Positions 29,922 to 37,865 of a stretch of 64,000 bases of DNA are shown piece after piece (position 1 is the first letter of the stretch; each line of letters starts with the position of its first letter). Where the stretch lies: positions 2,688-66,687 of the forward strand of contig DASXYZ010000002.1 of assembly GCA_036502185.1 (NCBI GenBank), given 5' to 3'. Both the position numbers and the translations under genes were made by a program. This DNA is from Rhizomicrobium sp. (GTDB lineage: Bacteria; Pseudomonadota; Alphaproteobacteria; Micropepsales; Micropepsaceae). The notes under the pieces were generated by a model that worked only from the letters and a program-made list of their open reading frames with translations, was not told where the DNA came from and did not search any database.

Positions 29922-32684
29922 TTACCCCAGCCGCGCTACCGCTTCGGTGAGGCGGGCGGCGAGACCTTCGGCATCGGCGCGGCGCTGCTTCTGCTCTTCG
30001 ATCACCTCTTCGGGCGCGCGCGCCGCGAAATCGGGATTGCCGAGCTTCGCATCGATCTTCGACACTTCGCTCTTCGCGCGCACGAGTTCCTTCTCCAGCC
30101 GCGCGCGTTCCTTCGCGAGGTCGATGACATCGCCGAGCGGCAGCGCCGCCACTGTTTCACCCACCACAAACTGCGCGGCAGCCGGCGGCACGGCACCGGC
30201 GAATTCGATCGAGGCGAGCCGCGCCAGCGTCGTTATCGGTTCGCGATTGCGGGCGAGACGGTCACGCGTTGCCGCATCTGCGCCGGCAAGCACGAGCGCG
30301 ATTCGCGCTGAAGCCGGAACATTCATCTCCGTGCGCACCGAGCGCACGCCGGAGACGAGGGCGATCACCCATTCGATCTCCGCGCGCGCTTCTCCGTTCG
30401 GAGGAACGGAAATTTCCGGCCATGGCGACACGAGCAGAAGCGAACTGCGTCCCGCCGTGCGCCCCCACAGCTCCTCCGTGACGAACGGCATGAAGGGATG
30501 CAGCAGTCCCAGAATGCGATCGTGCACAAAACCGGCCGTCGCGCGGGTTTCCGCAGCCTGCGCCGCATCGCTTCCGGCGAGGATCGGCTTGATCAGTTCG
30601 AGATACCAGTCGCAGAAGCGCGACCACACGAACTGATACGCGGCGCCCGCCGCTTCGTTGAAGCGCAGCTGCTCGAGATATTGCGTGATCTCGCGCGAGG
30701 CCTGTGCCGCTTCGGCGAGGATCCATTTATTTACGGTCAGTTTGACCGCGGCGGGTTCGAAACCAGCGGGCGCTTCGCAGCCATTCATTTCGCAGAAGCG
30801 GGCGGTATTCCAGAGTTTAGTGGTGAAATTGCGATTGGCCTCGACGCGCGATGGGCCGATGCGCATGTCACGCCCCTGCCCCGCTGCGAGCGCCAGCGTG
30901 AAACGGAGCGCGTCCGCGCCGAATTCGTCGATGAGCACCAGGGGATCGACCACATTCCCCTTCGTTTTCGACATCTTCTGCCCTTTTTCGTCGAGCACGC
31001 GGGTGTGAATGAACACGGTGTGGAACGGCACCTCTCCCATGAAATGCAGCCCCATCATCATCATCCGGGCGACCCAAAAGAAGATGATGTCGAAACTCGT
31101 GACCAGCACGTCCGTCGGATAGAATCGCGCGAGTTCGGACGTTTTGTCCGGCCAGCCGAGCGTTGAGAACGGCCACAGCGCGGAGGAAAACCAGGTGTCG
31201 AGCACGTCAGGATCGCGCCACAAGAATATCGTGCGATTGTCCTGTTTCATCTCCTCAATAACGTCATCATTGAACAGGTCAGCTTCCGATGAAAGTATTT
31301 TGACGGGCTTTTTATAAAATATATGAGCCTCGGCTCTGGCGGCATCCTCTGACTCGGCCACAAACATCTTGTTGCTTCCGCGTTCATTTCCGAATGCATA
31401 TGGAATTCGATCGTCGCGCACCATGGGCCCATACCACATCGGAATCTGGTGGCCCCACCACAGCTGGCGCGAGATGCACCAGGGCTGGATGTTGCGCAGC
31501 CAGTTGAAATAGACGTTTGCCCACTGCGCCGGCACGAAACGCGTGCGGCCCCCCTCCACCGCGGCGATGGCTTTCTCGGCGAGCGGCCGCACGTCGAGAT
31601 ACCATTGCTCGGTCAGATAGGGTTCGAGCACGACGGTTTTGGTTTTCTCATCGTGCGGCACCGCGTGCACGATCGGCTCGGTGCGTTCGAGAAAACCGAG
31701 CCCCTCCAGATCCGCGAGCACGGCCTTGCGCGCGGCGAAGCGGTCGAGGCCGCGATAGGGTTTGGGCACGGACTCGTTCAGCCGTCCGTCGCGTTCCAGA
31801 ATGTTGAGAAGCGGCAGGTTGTGGCGGCGGCCCACCTCGAAATCGTTGAAATCGTGCGCCGGCGTGATCTTGACGGCGCCCGTTCCCTTCTCCGGATCGG
31901 AATGTTCATCGGCGATGATCGGAATGCGCCGGTTCGCGAGCGGCAGCACGACGTGCCTGCCGACCAGTTCGCGATAGCGGCCGTCTTCTGGATGCACCGC
32001 CACCGCCACATCGCCGAGCATGGTTTCGGGCCGCGTCGTCGCGATGACAATGCAGCGCTCTGCCTCGCCCTCGATCGGATATTTGATGTACCAGAGATGC
32101 CCCTTGACCTCGATGTTTTCGACTTCGAGGTCGGAGACCGCCGTTTGCAATCGCGGGTCCCAGTTGACGAGGCGGTTGTCCTTGTAGATCAGCCCTTCGC
32201 GATGAAGCTGGACGAACACTTTGGCGACCGCGCGGCTCAGTCCTTCATCCAGCGTGAAACGCTCGCGCGACCAGTCGCAGGAGGCGCCGAGGCGGCGCTG
32301 TTGCTCCACGATCGCGCCGCCCGATTCTTCCTTCCATTTCCAGACCTCGCGCAGGAATGCCTCGCGCCCGAGACCGATCCGGCTTTGCTGGCGCTCGGCG
32401 AGGCTCCTCTCGACCACGAGTTGCGTGGAAATGCCCGCGTGATCGGTGCCCGGTTGCCAGAGCACGTCCTTCCCGCGCATCCGCTCGAAGCGGGCGAGGA
32501 TGTCCTGTAGCGTGTTGTTGAGTGCGTGCCCGATATGGAGGCGGCCCGTCACGTTGGGCGGCGGGATCATGATGCAGAAGGGCTGAGCCTCAGGCCGATA
32601 GCCCGCGCGGAACGCGCCCGACTCTTCCCACAGGCGGTAGATGCGCCCCTCGACGTCGCGGGGCGAAAAGGTCTTGTCGAGCAT
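29922..32684 (-). CDS. valS: Valine--tRNA ligase
   Basis: PPPNVTGRLHIGHA (HIGH), WCISRQLWWGH, DVLDTWFSS, KMSKTKGN (KMSKS-like). Confidence 0.98.
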   Translation of the reverse strand: MLDKTFSPRDVEGRIYRLWEESGAFRAGYRPEAQPFCIMIPPPNVTGRLHIGHALNNTLQDILARFERMRGKDVLWQPGTDHAGISTQLVVERSLAERQQSRIGLGREAFLREVWKWKEESGGAIVEQQRRLGASCDWSRERFTLDEGLSRAVAKVFVQLHREGLIYKDNRLVNWDPRLQTAVSDLEVENIEVKGHLWYIKYPIEGEAERCIVIATTRPETMLGDVAVAVHPEDGRYRELVGRHVVLPLANRRIPIIADEHSDPEKGTGAVKITPAHDFNDFEVGRRHNLPLLNILERDGRLNESVPKPYRGLDRFAARKAVLADLEGLGFLERTEPIVHAVPHDEKTKTVVLEPYLTEQWYLDVRPLAEKAIAAVEGGRTRFVPAQWANVYFNWLRNIQPWCISRQLWWGHQIPMWYGPMVRDDRIPYAFGNERGSNKMFVAESEDAARAEAHIFYKKPVKILSSEADLFNDDVIEEMKQDNRTIFLWRDPDVLDTWFSSALWPFSTLGWPDKTSELARFYPTDVLVTSFDIIFFWVARMMMMGLHFMGEVPFHTVFIHTRVLDEKGQKMSKTKGNVVDPLVLIDEFGADALRFTLALAAGQGRDMRIGPSRVEANRNFTTKLWNTARFCEMNGCEAPAGFEPAAVKLTVNKWILAEAAQASREITQYLEQLRFNEAAGAAYQFVWSRFCDWYLELIKPILAGSDAAQAAETRATAGFVHDRILGLLHPFMPFVTEELWGRTAGRSSLLLVSPWPEISVPPNGEARAEIEWVIALVSGVRSVRTEMNVPASARIALVLAGADAATRDRLARNREPITTLARLASIEFAGAVPPAAAQFVVGETVAALPLGDVIDLAKERARLEKELVRAKSEVSKIDAKLGNPDFAARAPEEVIEEQKQRRADAEGLAARLTEAVARLG

Positions 32685-32921
32685 GAGCCGTGTTATGATC
32701 CGCGTGACGTCTCTCTCAAACCGTTCCGCGCCCGGGCCGTCAAGAGAGGCGAACCAAATACCGTGTCATGGCACGCAAATGCGGTCCACCCGGTTGAAAT
32801 CCGGAGAATGCCGATGGCCCCGCAAAATGCCGCGTCTTTGCGGCAAACGCGCGAGCGTCAACTAGGCGGCCCGCATTTGCGGGCCGTGACAGTTATTCCT
32901 TTAACGGTGGGGCGAAGCGGT

Positions 32922-33485
32922 TCAGCGCCTGAACCGTGACCGTGCGGCGCGGGCGAGTTCGTTCTTGACTGCGGTTTCAAGCATCGCGGGAAAATGTTCA
33001 TCGAGCCAGTCACGGATCACCGGTTTCATGTGGCCCAGCATGGTTCCGCTATTGTTTGCGAGCCATTTCTCAAGCGCCGGCTCGAAGGCTTCCCGCACCG
33101 CGCGCTCAAATGTGGCCTGCACGGACTCTCCCACCGGCGCGCCGGCTCCGTGGTGCTTGCTCGCCGCGCTGTCTTCCGGTTCGAAACCGGAGAAGGTTTC
33201 CTCGGCCGCGGCGCGCGCCTGCTCCGAAAACAGGCCGTCGCCATCATCTGCCGATGCCGGCGCGCTCTGTGGCAACCCGCGCACGTCGTGGTGTTCATGG
33301 CAATTCGCGGGGCTCTCCGAGCCTGGCGAAGGCGCCACTTCATGCACTTCCTGCGTCAGGTCGAGCACCTCGCCCTCGCCGTTCGGAGCGGAAGCCTGAG
33401 AGGCTGAAGGCGTATCTTCCGAGATGATCTTGCGGATCGAGGCCAGGATTTCCTCCATCGTCGGTTCGTGCTGGGGATTGGACAT
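32922..33485 (-). CDS. popZ: Polar organizing protein PopZ (DUF2497)
   Basis: N-terminal EPTMEEILASIRKII, acidic Pro-rich linker, C-terminal KP.IRDWLDEHFP.MLE.AV..EL; adjacent to valS. Confidence 0.9.
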   Translation of the reverse strand: MSNPQHEPTMEEILASIRKIISEDTPSASQASAPNGEGEVLDLTQEVHEVAPSPGSESPANCHEHHDVRGLPQSAPASADDGDGLFSEQARAAAEETFSGFEPEDSAASKHHGAGAPVGESVQATFERAVREAFEPALEKWLANNSGTMLGHMKPVIRDWLDEHFPAMLETAVKNELARAARSRFRR

Positions 33486-33597
33486 CGATTTGCTCCGGCG
33501 CGGCCCGCGCCCGCGCGCGGAAAACCCTAGAATAGTTGCAGAAAGAAGGAAAGGCGCGGTTAACATTCGAAAGCGTGGAGCCGCGCCCGCTCGGCGA

Positions 33598-34251
33598 TCA
33601 GAAGACGAATCCCGCAGGCGCGCGGAACCCGGCGAGCACCTGCGCCGAGGCATCGAACGCCATCCGCCGCCCCACCTTCCCGTATTCCTTCAGATAAAGC
33701 ATCGCGTGGCCCTGCGGTTCGTAGTGCAGGATGCCTACGAGGCGGCCGCCTTCGGCCAGCTGCGCGAGCAGCCGCTCCGGCTCCTGCTCCATGGCACCTT
33801 CGACCAGAATGACATCGTAGGGATTCTCCGCAGGATGGCCGTCCGCCAGCGCCCCCTGCACGATCTGCGCGTTGCCGACCTGCATTGCGTGCAGGCCTTC
33901 CGAAGCGATGCGCACGAGATCCGCATCCTCTTCGAGCCCAACCACGCGCCGCGCCAGCTTGGCGAGCACCGCGGTCGAATAGCCAGTGGTGCAGCCCACA
34001 TCGAGCACGTTGTCGCCCGGTGCGATCACCGCCAGCTGGACGAGCCGCGCGAAGGTCGCGGGCGCCAGCAGCCAGCGGCGGTTCACCACTTCCAGCGGCG
34101 CATCGGCGTAGGCGATGCTGCGTTTGTCGCCCGGCACGAAGCGCTCGCGCGGGATTTCGCCCATGGCATCGAGCAGGCGTTCGTCGGTGGCGCCGCCCGC
34201 AAGCACCTGCGAGGCGACCATGATCTGACGCTGGCGGGCGTAATCGGGCAT
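33598..34251 (-). CDS. pcm: Protein-L-isoaspartate O-methyltransferase
   Basis: RQIMVASQV, IPRERFVP, VLDVGCTTGYSTAVL, PYDVILVEG, QLAEGGRLV. Confidence 0.92.
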   Translation of the reverse strand: MPDYARQRQIMVASQVLAGGATDERLLDAMGEIPRERFVPGDKRSIAYADAPLEVVNRRWLLAPATFARLVQLAVIAPGDNVLDVGCTTGYSTAVLAKLARRVVGLEEDADLVRIASEGLHAMQVGNAQIVQGALADGHPAENPYDVILVEGAMEQEPERLLAQLAEGGRLVGILHYEPQGHAMLYLKEYGKVGRRMAFDASAQVLAGFRAPAGFVF

Positions 34252-34384
34252 TTTCCGCTTCTGTGATTGAATTCCCCGGGCGGCGGCGCTTATACGTTGC
34301 GGGCCGGGCGGTGACAACGCGAGAGGCGAAGCCGGTTTTTCGAATCGGTCAGGCCGGGGGCAACGCGGAAATCGGCAAGGGTTC

Positions 34385-34458
34385 GGCCACGTGGCGGAGT
34401 GGTGACGCAGCGGTCTGCAAAACCGTTTACCCCGGTTCAATTCCGGGCGTGGCCTCCA
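34385..34458 (+). tRNA. tRNA-Cys (GCA)
   Basis: GGCCACG...CTGCAAA...GGTTCAATTCC..CGTGGCC-T-CCA; 74 nt. Confidence 0.96.
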
Positions 34459-34484
34459 AACCTTGCTGAAAGATTCACGCCGCA

Positions 34485-34500
34485 TTAACGTTTGCTTAAC
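34485..34500 (+). promoter_or_regulatory. CtrA binding box
   Basis: TTAA-CGTTTGC-TTAAC is an exact TTAA-N7-TTAAC; extra TTAA at 34502-34505; -10-like TAGATT at 34511-34516. Confidence 0.75.
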
Positions 34501-34520
34501 CTTAATCCATTAGATTGGTA

Positions 34521-34592
34521 ATCGTCTTCCCTTGAAGACACCCCACCATACCCAACCCCTTGGGGCCGGACCTCTCGCCCGGCCCCTTTTTT
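34521..34592 (+). ncRNA. Candidate small regulatory RNA (~70 nt)
   Basis: Promoter-like upstream region, hairpin GTCTTC-CCTT-GAAGAC, C-rich single strand, intrinsic terminator; no ORF. Confidence 0.55.
34562..34592 (+). terminator. Rho-independent terminator
   Basis: GGGGCCGG-(ACCTCTCGC)-CCGGCCCC followed by T6. Confidence 0.85.
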
Positions 34593-34647
34593 CCGGCGGT
34601 TAACGCCTATAGCCATCGCGGTTCGGATGCGCTAACAGGCACGCAGT

Positions 34648-34723
34648 TCCCCGGTAGCTCAGTCGGTAGAGCAAGCGGCTGTTAACCGCTGGGTCGCTGG
34701 TTCGAGTCCGGCCCGGGGAGCCA
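34648..34723 (+). tRNA. tRNA-Asn (GUU)
   Basis: TCCCCGGTAGCTCAG...CTGTTAA...GGTTCGAGTCC..CCGGGGA-G-CCA. Confidence 0.96.
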
Positions 34724-34725
34724 GT

Positions 34726-35415
34726 TTACGCTGCGATTCGGGCGACGAGTTCCGGGCCCTCATTGCGGACATTCCCGGCCGCTTTTGCCACGGGCCAGCA
34801 TTCCATCCGTTCGGCGGGGAACGCGCGCAGCAGCGCCTTGCGATCTTCGGGCGTGGCGAGCCATTTCGGCCAATCCTCGCGCGCCAGGATCACCGGCATC
34901 CGGTTGTGCACCGGAGCGCACAGTTCGTTCGGCTCGGTCGTCAGAACCGTGAAAGTTTCGAGTGCCGGCGAATCAGCCCTCGCGTCCTTCGCTCTCCACG
35001 ATTCCCACAGGCCCGCGAACGCAAATGGCTCGCGCTCGCGCGTGGTGATGAAATAAGGCTGCTTCCCGCCCACCCCGACCGGCGCCCACTCATAAAAGCC
35101 ATCCGCCGGCACAAGACAGGGCCGCGATTTGAATGCGCCGCGGAACATCGGCTTTTCCGCAACGGTTTCCGCCTTCGCATTGATGCAGCGCGACGCCGCC
35201 GATTCGTCCCTGGCCCAGCCCGGCACCAGGCCCCAGCGCATCATCGCGAGCTCGCGTCGCCCTACCCTGTCGAGCCGGATCACGATCCCGCCCTGCATCG
35301 GCGCGAAGTTGAATCGCGGCTGAAGGTTTGAGACCGGCGCGATGTAAGGCTCGGTAATGCCGTACAGCTCGACGAGCTCGCGCCAGGTAAACTGGTTGGT
35401 GAAGCGTCCGCACAT
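34726..35415 (-). CDS. SOS response-associated peptidase (SRAP/YedK/HMCES family)
   Basis: N-terminal MCGRF (catalytic Cys2), RWGLVP.W, INAKAET, ADGFYEW, HNRMPVIL. Confidence 0.92.
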   Translation of the reverse strand: MCGRFTNQFTWRELVELYGITEPYIAPVSNLQPRFNFAPMQGGIVIRLDRVGRRELAMMRWGLVPGWARDESAASRCINAKAETVAEKPMFRGAFKSRPCLVPADGFYEWAPVGVGGKQPYFITTREREPFAFAGLWESWRAKDARADSPALETFTVLTTEPNELCAPVHNRMPVILAREDWPKWLATPEDRKALLRAFPAERMECWPVAKAAGNVRNEGPELVARIAA

Positions 35416-35448
35416 GGTCCGAGGCGATGAACGGTCACTCAATCGGCA

Positions 35449-35886
35449 TCAGCAGCACGATAATGTGGCACAGCAGGCGCTTTGCAGTGACGATTCTGCA
35501 GCCGCTTCATCCTCGCCGTAGCTGGTCGCTTCGCCGAAGGTGAAGAAGGTTTCCCAGCGGATGCCGCTCGGATCGTTGATCCACGCCTTGTTCGATTGCG
35601 CGTAGCAGCAGGTCGTGGCTTCCTGGTCGCGGGTCTTCTCGCCGGCAGCCTTCAGCCGTCCCGCCAACTCGCGCAGTTCGCCGTCGGACTCGACCTGGAT
35701 GCCGAGATGATCGACCCCGGCCGTGCGGCTGCGCCGTGAGATCGCGAGATTGACCTTCGGGTCGTCCAGCATCCACTTCGCGTAATCGTCTTTCACGACG
35801 CTTGGCCGTGCGCCGAACAGCGTTTCGTAGAATCCGATGGATCTGTCGAGATCGTCAACGGCGATATGAACGTGCAGGCGCTTCAT
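35449..35886 (-). CDS. arsI: ArsI/CadI-family VOC metalloenzyme (putative C-As lyase)
   Basis: MKRLHVHIAV, YAKWMLDDP.VNLAIS, vicinal TTCCYA, DPSGIRWETF, Cys-rich tail. Confidence 0.8.
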   Translation of the reverse strand: MKRLHVHIAVDDLDRSIGFYETLFGARPSVVKDDYAKWMLDDPKVNLAISRRSRTAGVDHLGIQVESDGELRELAGRLKAAGEKTRDQEATTCCYAQSNKAWINDPSGIRWETFFTFGEATSYGEDEAAAESSLQSACCATLSCC

Positions 35887-36238
35887 GGCGCACTCCTTTG
35901 GCTGGCTTGCAACACCGGTTCGCGACCGCCACAAGCGGCGCGCAGATTTCTTCGCGCCCGGCGCAGCAATCCCTGGTCAGGTAAACCAGGAGATCGCTCA
36001 TGGCGGGAAAATCGACGGAATAGATGATCGACCGCCCTTGGCGCCGCGCGCGGATCAGCCCCGCGTTCGAGAGGATGAGGAGCTGCGCCGACATCGTGTT
36101 CGGCGGAGTGGCGAGCGTTCGCGCGATCTCGCCCGCGGGCAGTCCCTCCGGCCCGGCCCTCACCAGCAGCCGAAACACCTCGAGCCGGGCGTCCTGGGCC
36201 AGCGCGGAGAGGCGCTTGATGGCGTCGGTCAATTCCAT
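35855..36238 (-). CDS. arsR: ArsR/SmtB family repressor
   Basis: LSALAQDARLEVFRLLV.AGPEGL.AGEIA, LTRDCCAG..E.C arsenic-binding motif. Confidence 0.88.
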   Translation of the reverse strand: MELTDAIKRLSALAQDARLEVFRLLVRAGPEGLPAGEIARTLATPPNTMSAQLLILSNAGLIRARRQGRSIIYSVDFPAMSDLLVYLTRDCCAGREEICAPLVAVANRCCKPAKGVRHEAPARSYRR

Positions 36239-36260
36239 AATTCGATGATTCCGGAATTAT
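36237..36260. promoter_or_regulatory. Putative ArsR operator palindrome
   Basis: ATAATTC-N10-GAATTAT inverted repeat overlapping the arsR start codon. Confidence 0.55.
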
Positions 36261-36269
36261 AGCAGCAAG

Positions 36270-36506
36270 TCAAGGCCAATTCGTTATCTGCGCCCGCGCC
36301 TTCCACCAGCGGCGGAGTGCCACAATCAGCCAGACCGCCTCCACAACGCCGAAGGGCCACGCGCCCTGCAGGAAACCGTAAGCCGAGCCAAGCCCGCAGG
36401 CACCGGCGAAGGCCAGCACAAACCACGAGCTCCTGTGTTCCAGCGCGTAGAACAGCAGCATCAGCGAAACCGCGAGGAGACCGAAAAGCGTCAGAGCGTT
36501 AAACAT
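36270..36506 (-). CDS. Conserved small membrane protein
   Basis: GAGG RBS; three short TM segments; YGFLQGAWPFGVVEAVW. Confidence 0.7.
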   Translation of the reverse strand: MFNALTLFGLLAVSLMLLFYALEHRSSWFVLAFAGACGLGSAYGFLQGAWPFGVVEAVWLIVALRRWWKARAQITNWP

Positions 36507-36648
36507 CCTCGTTCAGGAGCACGGAGAATTTCATCGGGCAAGGGCGTGAACGCACGCGCCGATTTCGAACCGGCTCGGTCCGCGCCGTATTGCCCCATTT
36601 CGGGCTTTCCCGTTTTGCGATTGCCGCCGCTCTGCTAACGAACGGCGC

Positions 36649-37521
36649 ATGAACCCCAGTTCGCGCCTCGGCACTTGCATCGCCATCGCTCTGGCGTTGA
36701 GCGGGCCGGCGCTCGCGCACGGCATCGTGGGCGATCGGTTTTTTCCGGCCACGATCACCATCGACGATCCTTTCGCGGCCGACGAGCTGGCACTTCCGAC
36801 CGTTACGATCTTGAACCACGAAACCGACTACGATCTCGACTACGCGAAGTCGATCTGTCCCGGTTTTGCCCTATCCATCGGAGCCGGATACGCGAATGCT
36901 TCGCCGCCCGGAGAGCCGCACGCGACCGGTTTCGAAGATGTCTCGTTGACGCCCGTCGCCGAACTCTTCCGCAGCGCACCGCACGAGGCGATCGTGTCCG
37001 CCGGAGTGATCTGGGAGATCGGTGGCACCGGCAGGAAGAGCCTCGCGGACCGCTTATCGACCTACACGCCCGAAATTCTGTTCGGAAAGGGGTTCGGCGA
37101 TATTCCGGATTCGCTGGCGCTGCTGCGCCCCTTTGCCGTCACCGGCCAGATCGGAGTCAAAATCCCCGGCGAGAGCGCGAACTCAAAAGCCGTCGAATGG
37201 GGAGGCGCACTCGAATACAGTCTCCTGTACCTTGAGAACAATGTCCGCGACGTTGGCCTTCCGAATATCGCGGCGCGCCTGACCCCGATCGTGGAATTCT
37301 CACTGGAAACGCCGACCGAGAAGAGCGGCGGCCCCACCACCGGCACCCTCAATCCGGGCCTGATCTGGTCTGGGCAAACCATCCAGCTCGCTGCCGAAGC
37401 GATGATTCCCGTCAACGGCGCTTCGGGCCGGACGGTCGGCGCGATCGCGCAGCTGCACTTCTACGTCGATGACATTTTCCCGCATTCTCTGGGACGGCCG
37501 ATCTTCGGGAGCACGCGATGA
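36649..37521 (+). CDS. Secreted/outer-membrane protein, probable beta-barrel, linked to copCD
   Basis: Signal peptide ending ALA-HG, then HGIVGDRFFPAT..DDP..ADEL.LP; alternating beta-strand patterns; ATGA overlap with copC. Confidence 0.65.
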   Translation: MNPSSRLGTCIAIALALSGPALAHGIVGDRFFPATITIDDPFAADELALPTVTILNHETDYDLDYAKSICPGFALSIGAGYANASPPGEPHATGFEDVSLTPVAELFRSAPHEAIVSAGVIWEIGGTGRKSLADRLSTYTPEILFGKGFGDIPDSLALLRPFAVTGQIGVKIPGESANSKAVEWGGALEYSLLYLENNVRDVGLPNIAARLTPIVEFSLETPTEKSGGPTTGTLNPGLIWSGQTIQLAAEAMIPVNGASGRTVGAIAQLHFYVDDIFPHSLGRPIFGSTR

Positions 37522-37865
37522 AACGGGTTTGCCTGGCAGCGGTCTCACTGCTCTTCGGGAGCACAATCGCTCACGCACACGCGCTGCTCGAACACGCCAA
37601 TCCCGGCGCTGGCGCGGTCGTTTCACCGGCTCCGAAGGGTGTGACGCTCGACTTCAGCGAAGGACTGGAACCATCGTTCAGCACCGTTGCTGTGACCAAC
37701 GCCGCCGGCCAAAGCGTGACATCGGCGCCGTCCGCTGCAAGCGGCACGCAGATGCAGGTGACGCTGAAGCCGCTCGGCCCGGGAACCTATCGGGTCACGT
37801 GGCACGCGCTGTCTGTCGATACCCACCGAACGCAAGGCAGCTTCGTTTTCACCATCAAGCGATGA
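37518..37865 (+). CDS. copC: Copper resistance protein CopC
   Basis: Mature N-terminal HA.L..A.P, LDFSEGLEP.FS, Y.V.WHALSVDTHRTQGSF.F. Confidence 0.92.
   Translation: MKRVCLAAVSLLFGSTIAHAHALLEHANPGAGAVVSPAPKGVTLDFSEGLEPSFSTVAVTNAAGQSVTSAPSAASGTQMQVTLKPLGPGTYRVTWHALSVDTHRTQGSFVFTIKR

Noticed and set aside
32868-32885. Hairpin GGCCCGC-ATTT-GCGGGCC after popZ as a terminator
   Set aside because: No U-tract on the popZ strand; not enough support to list
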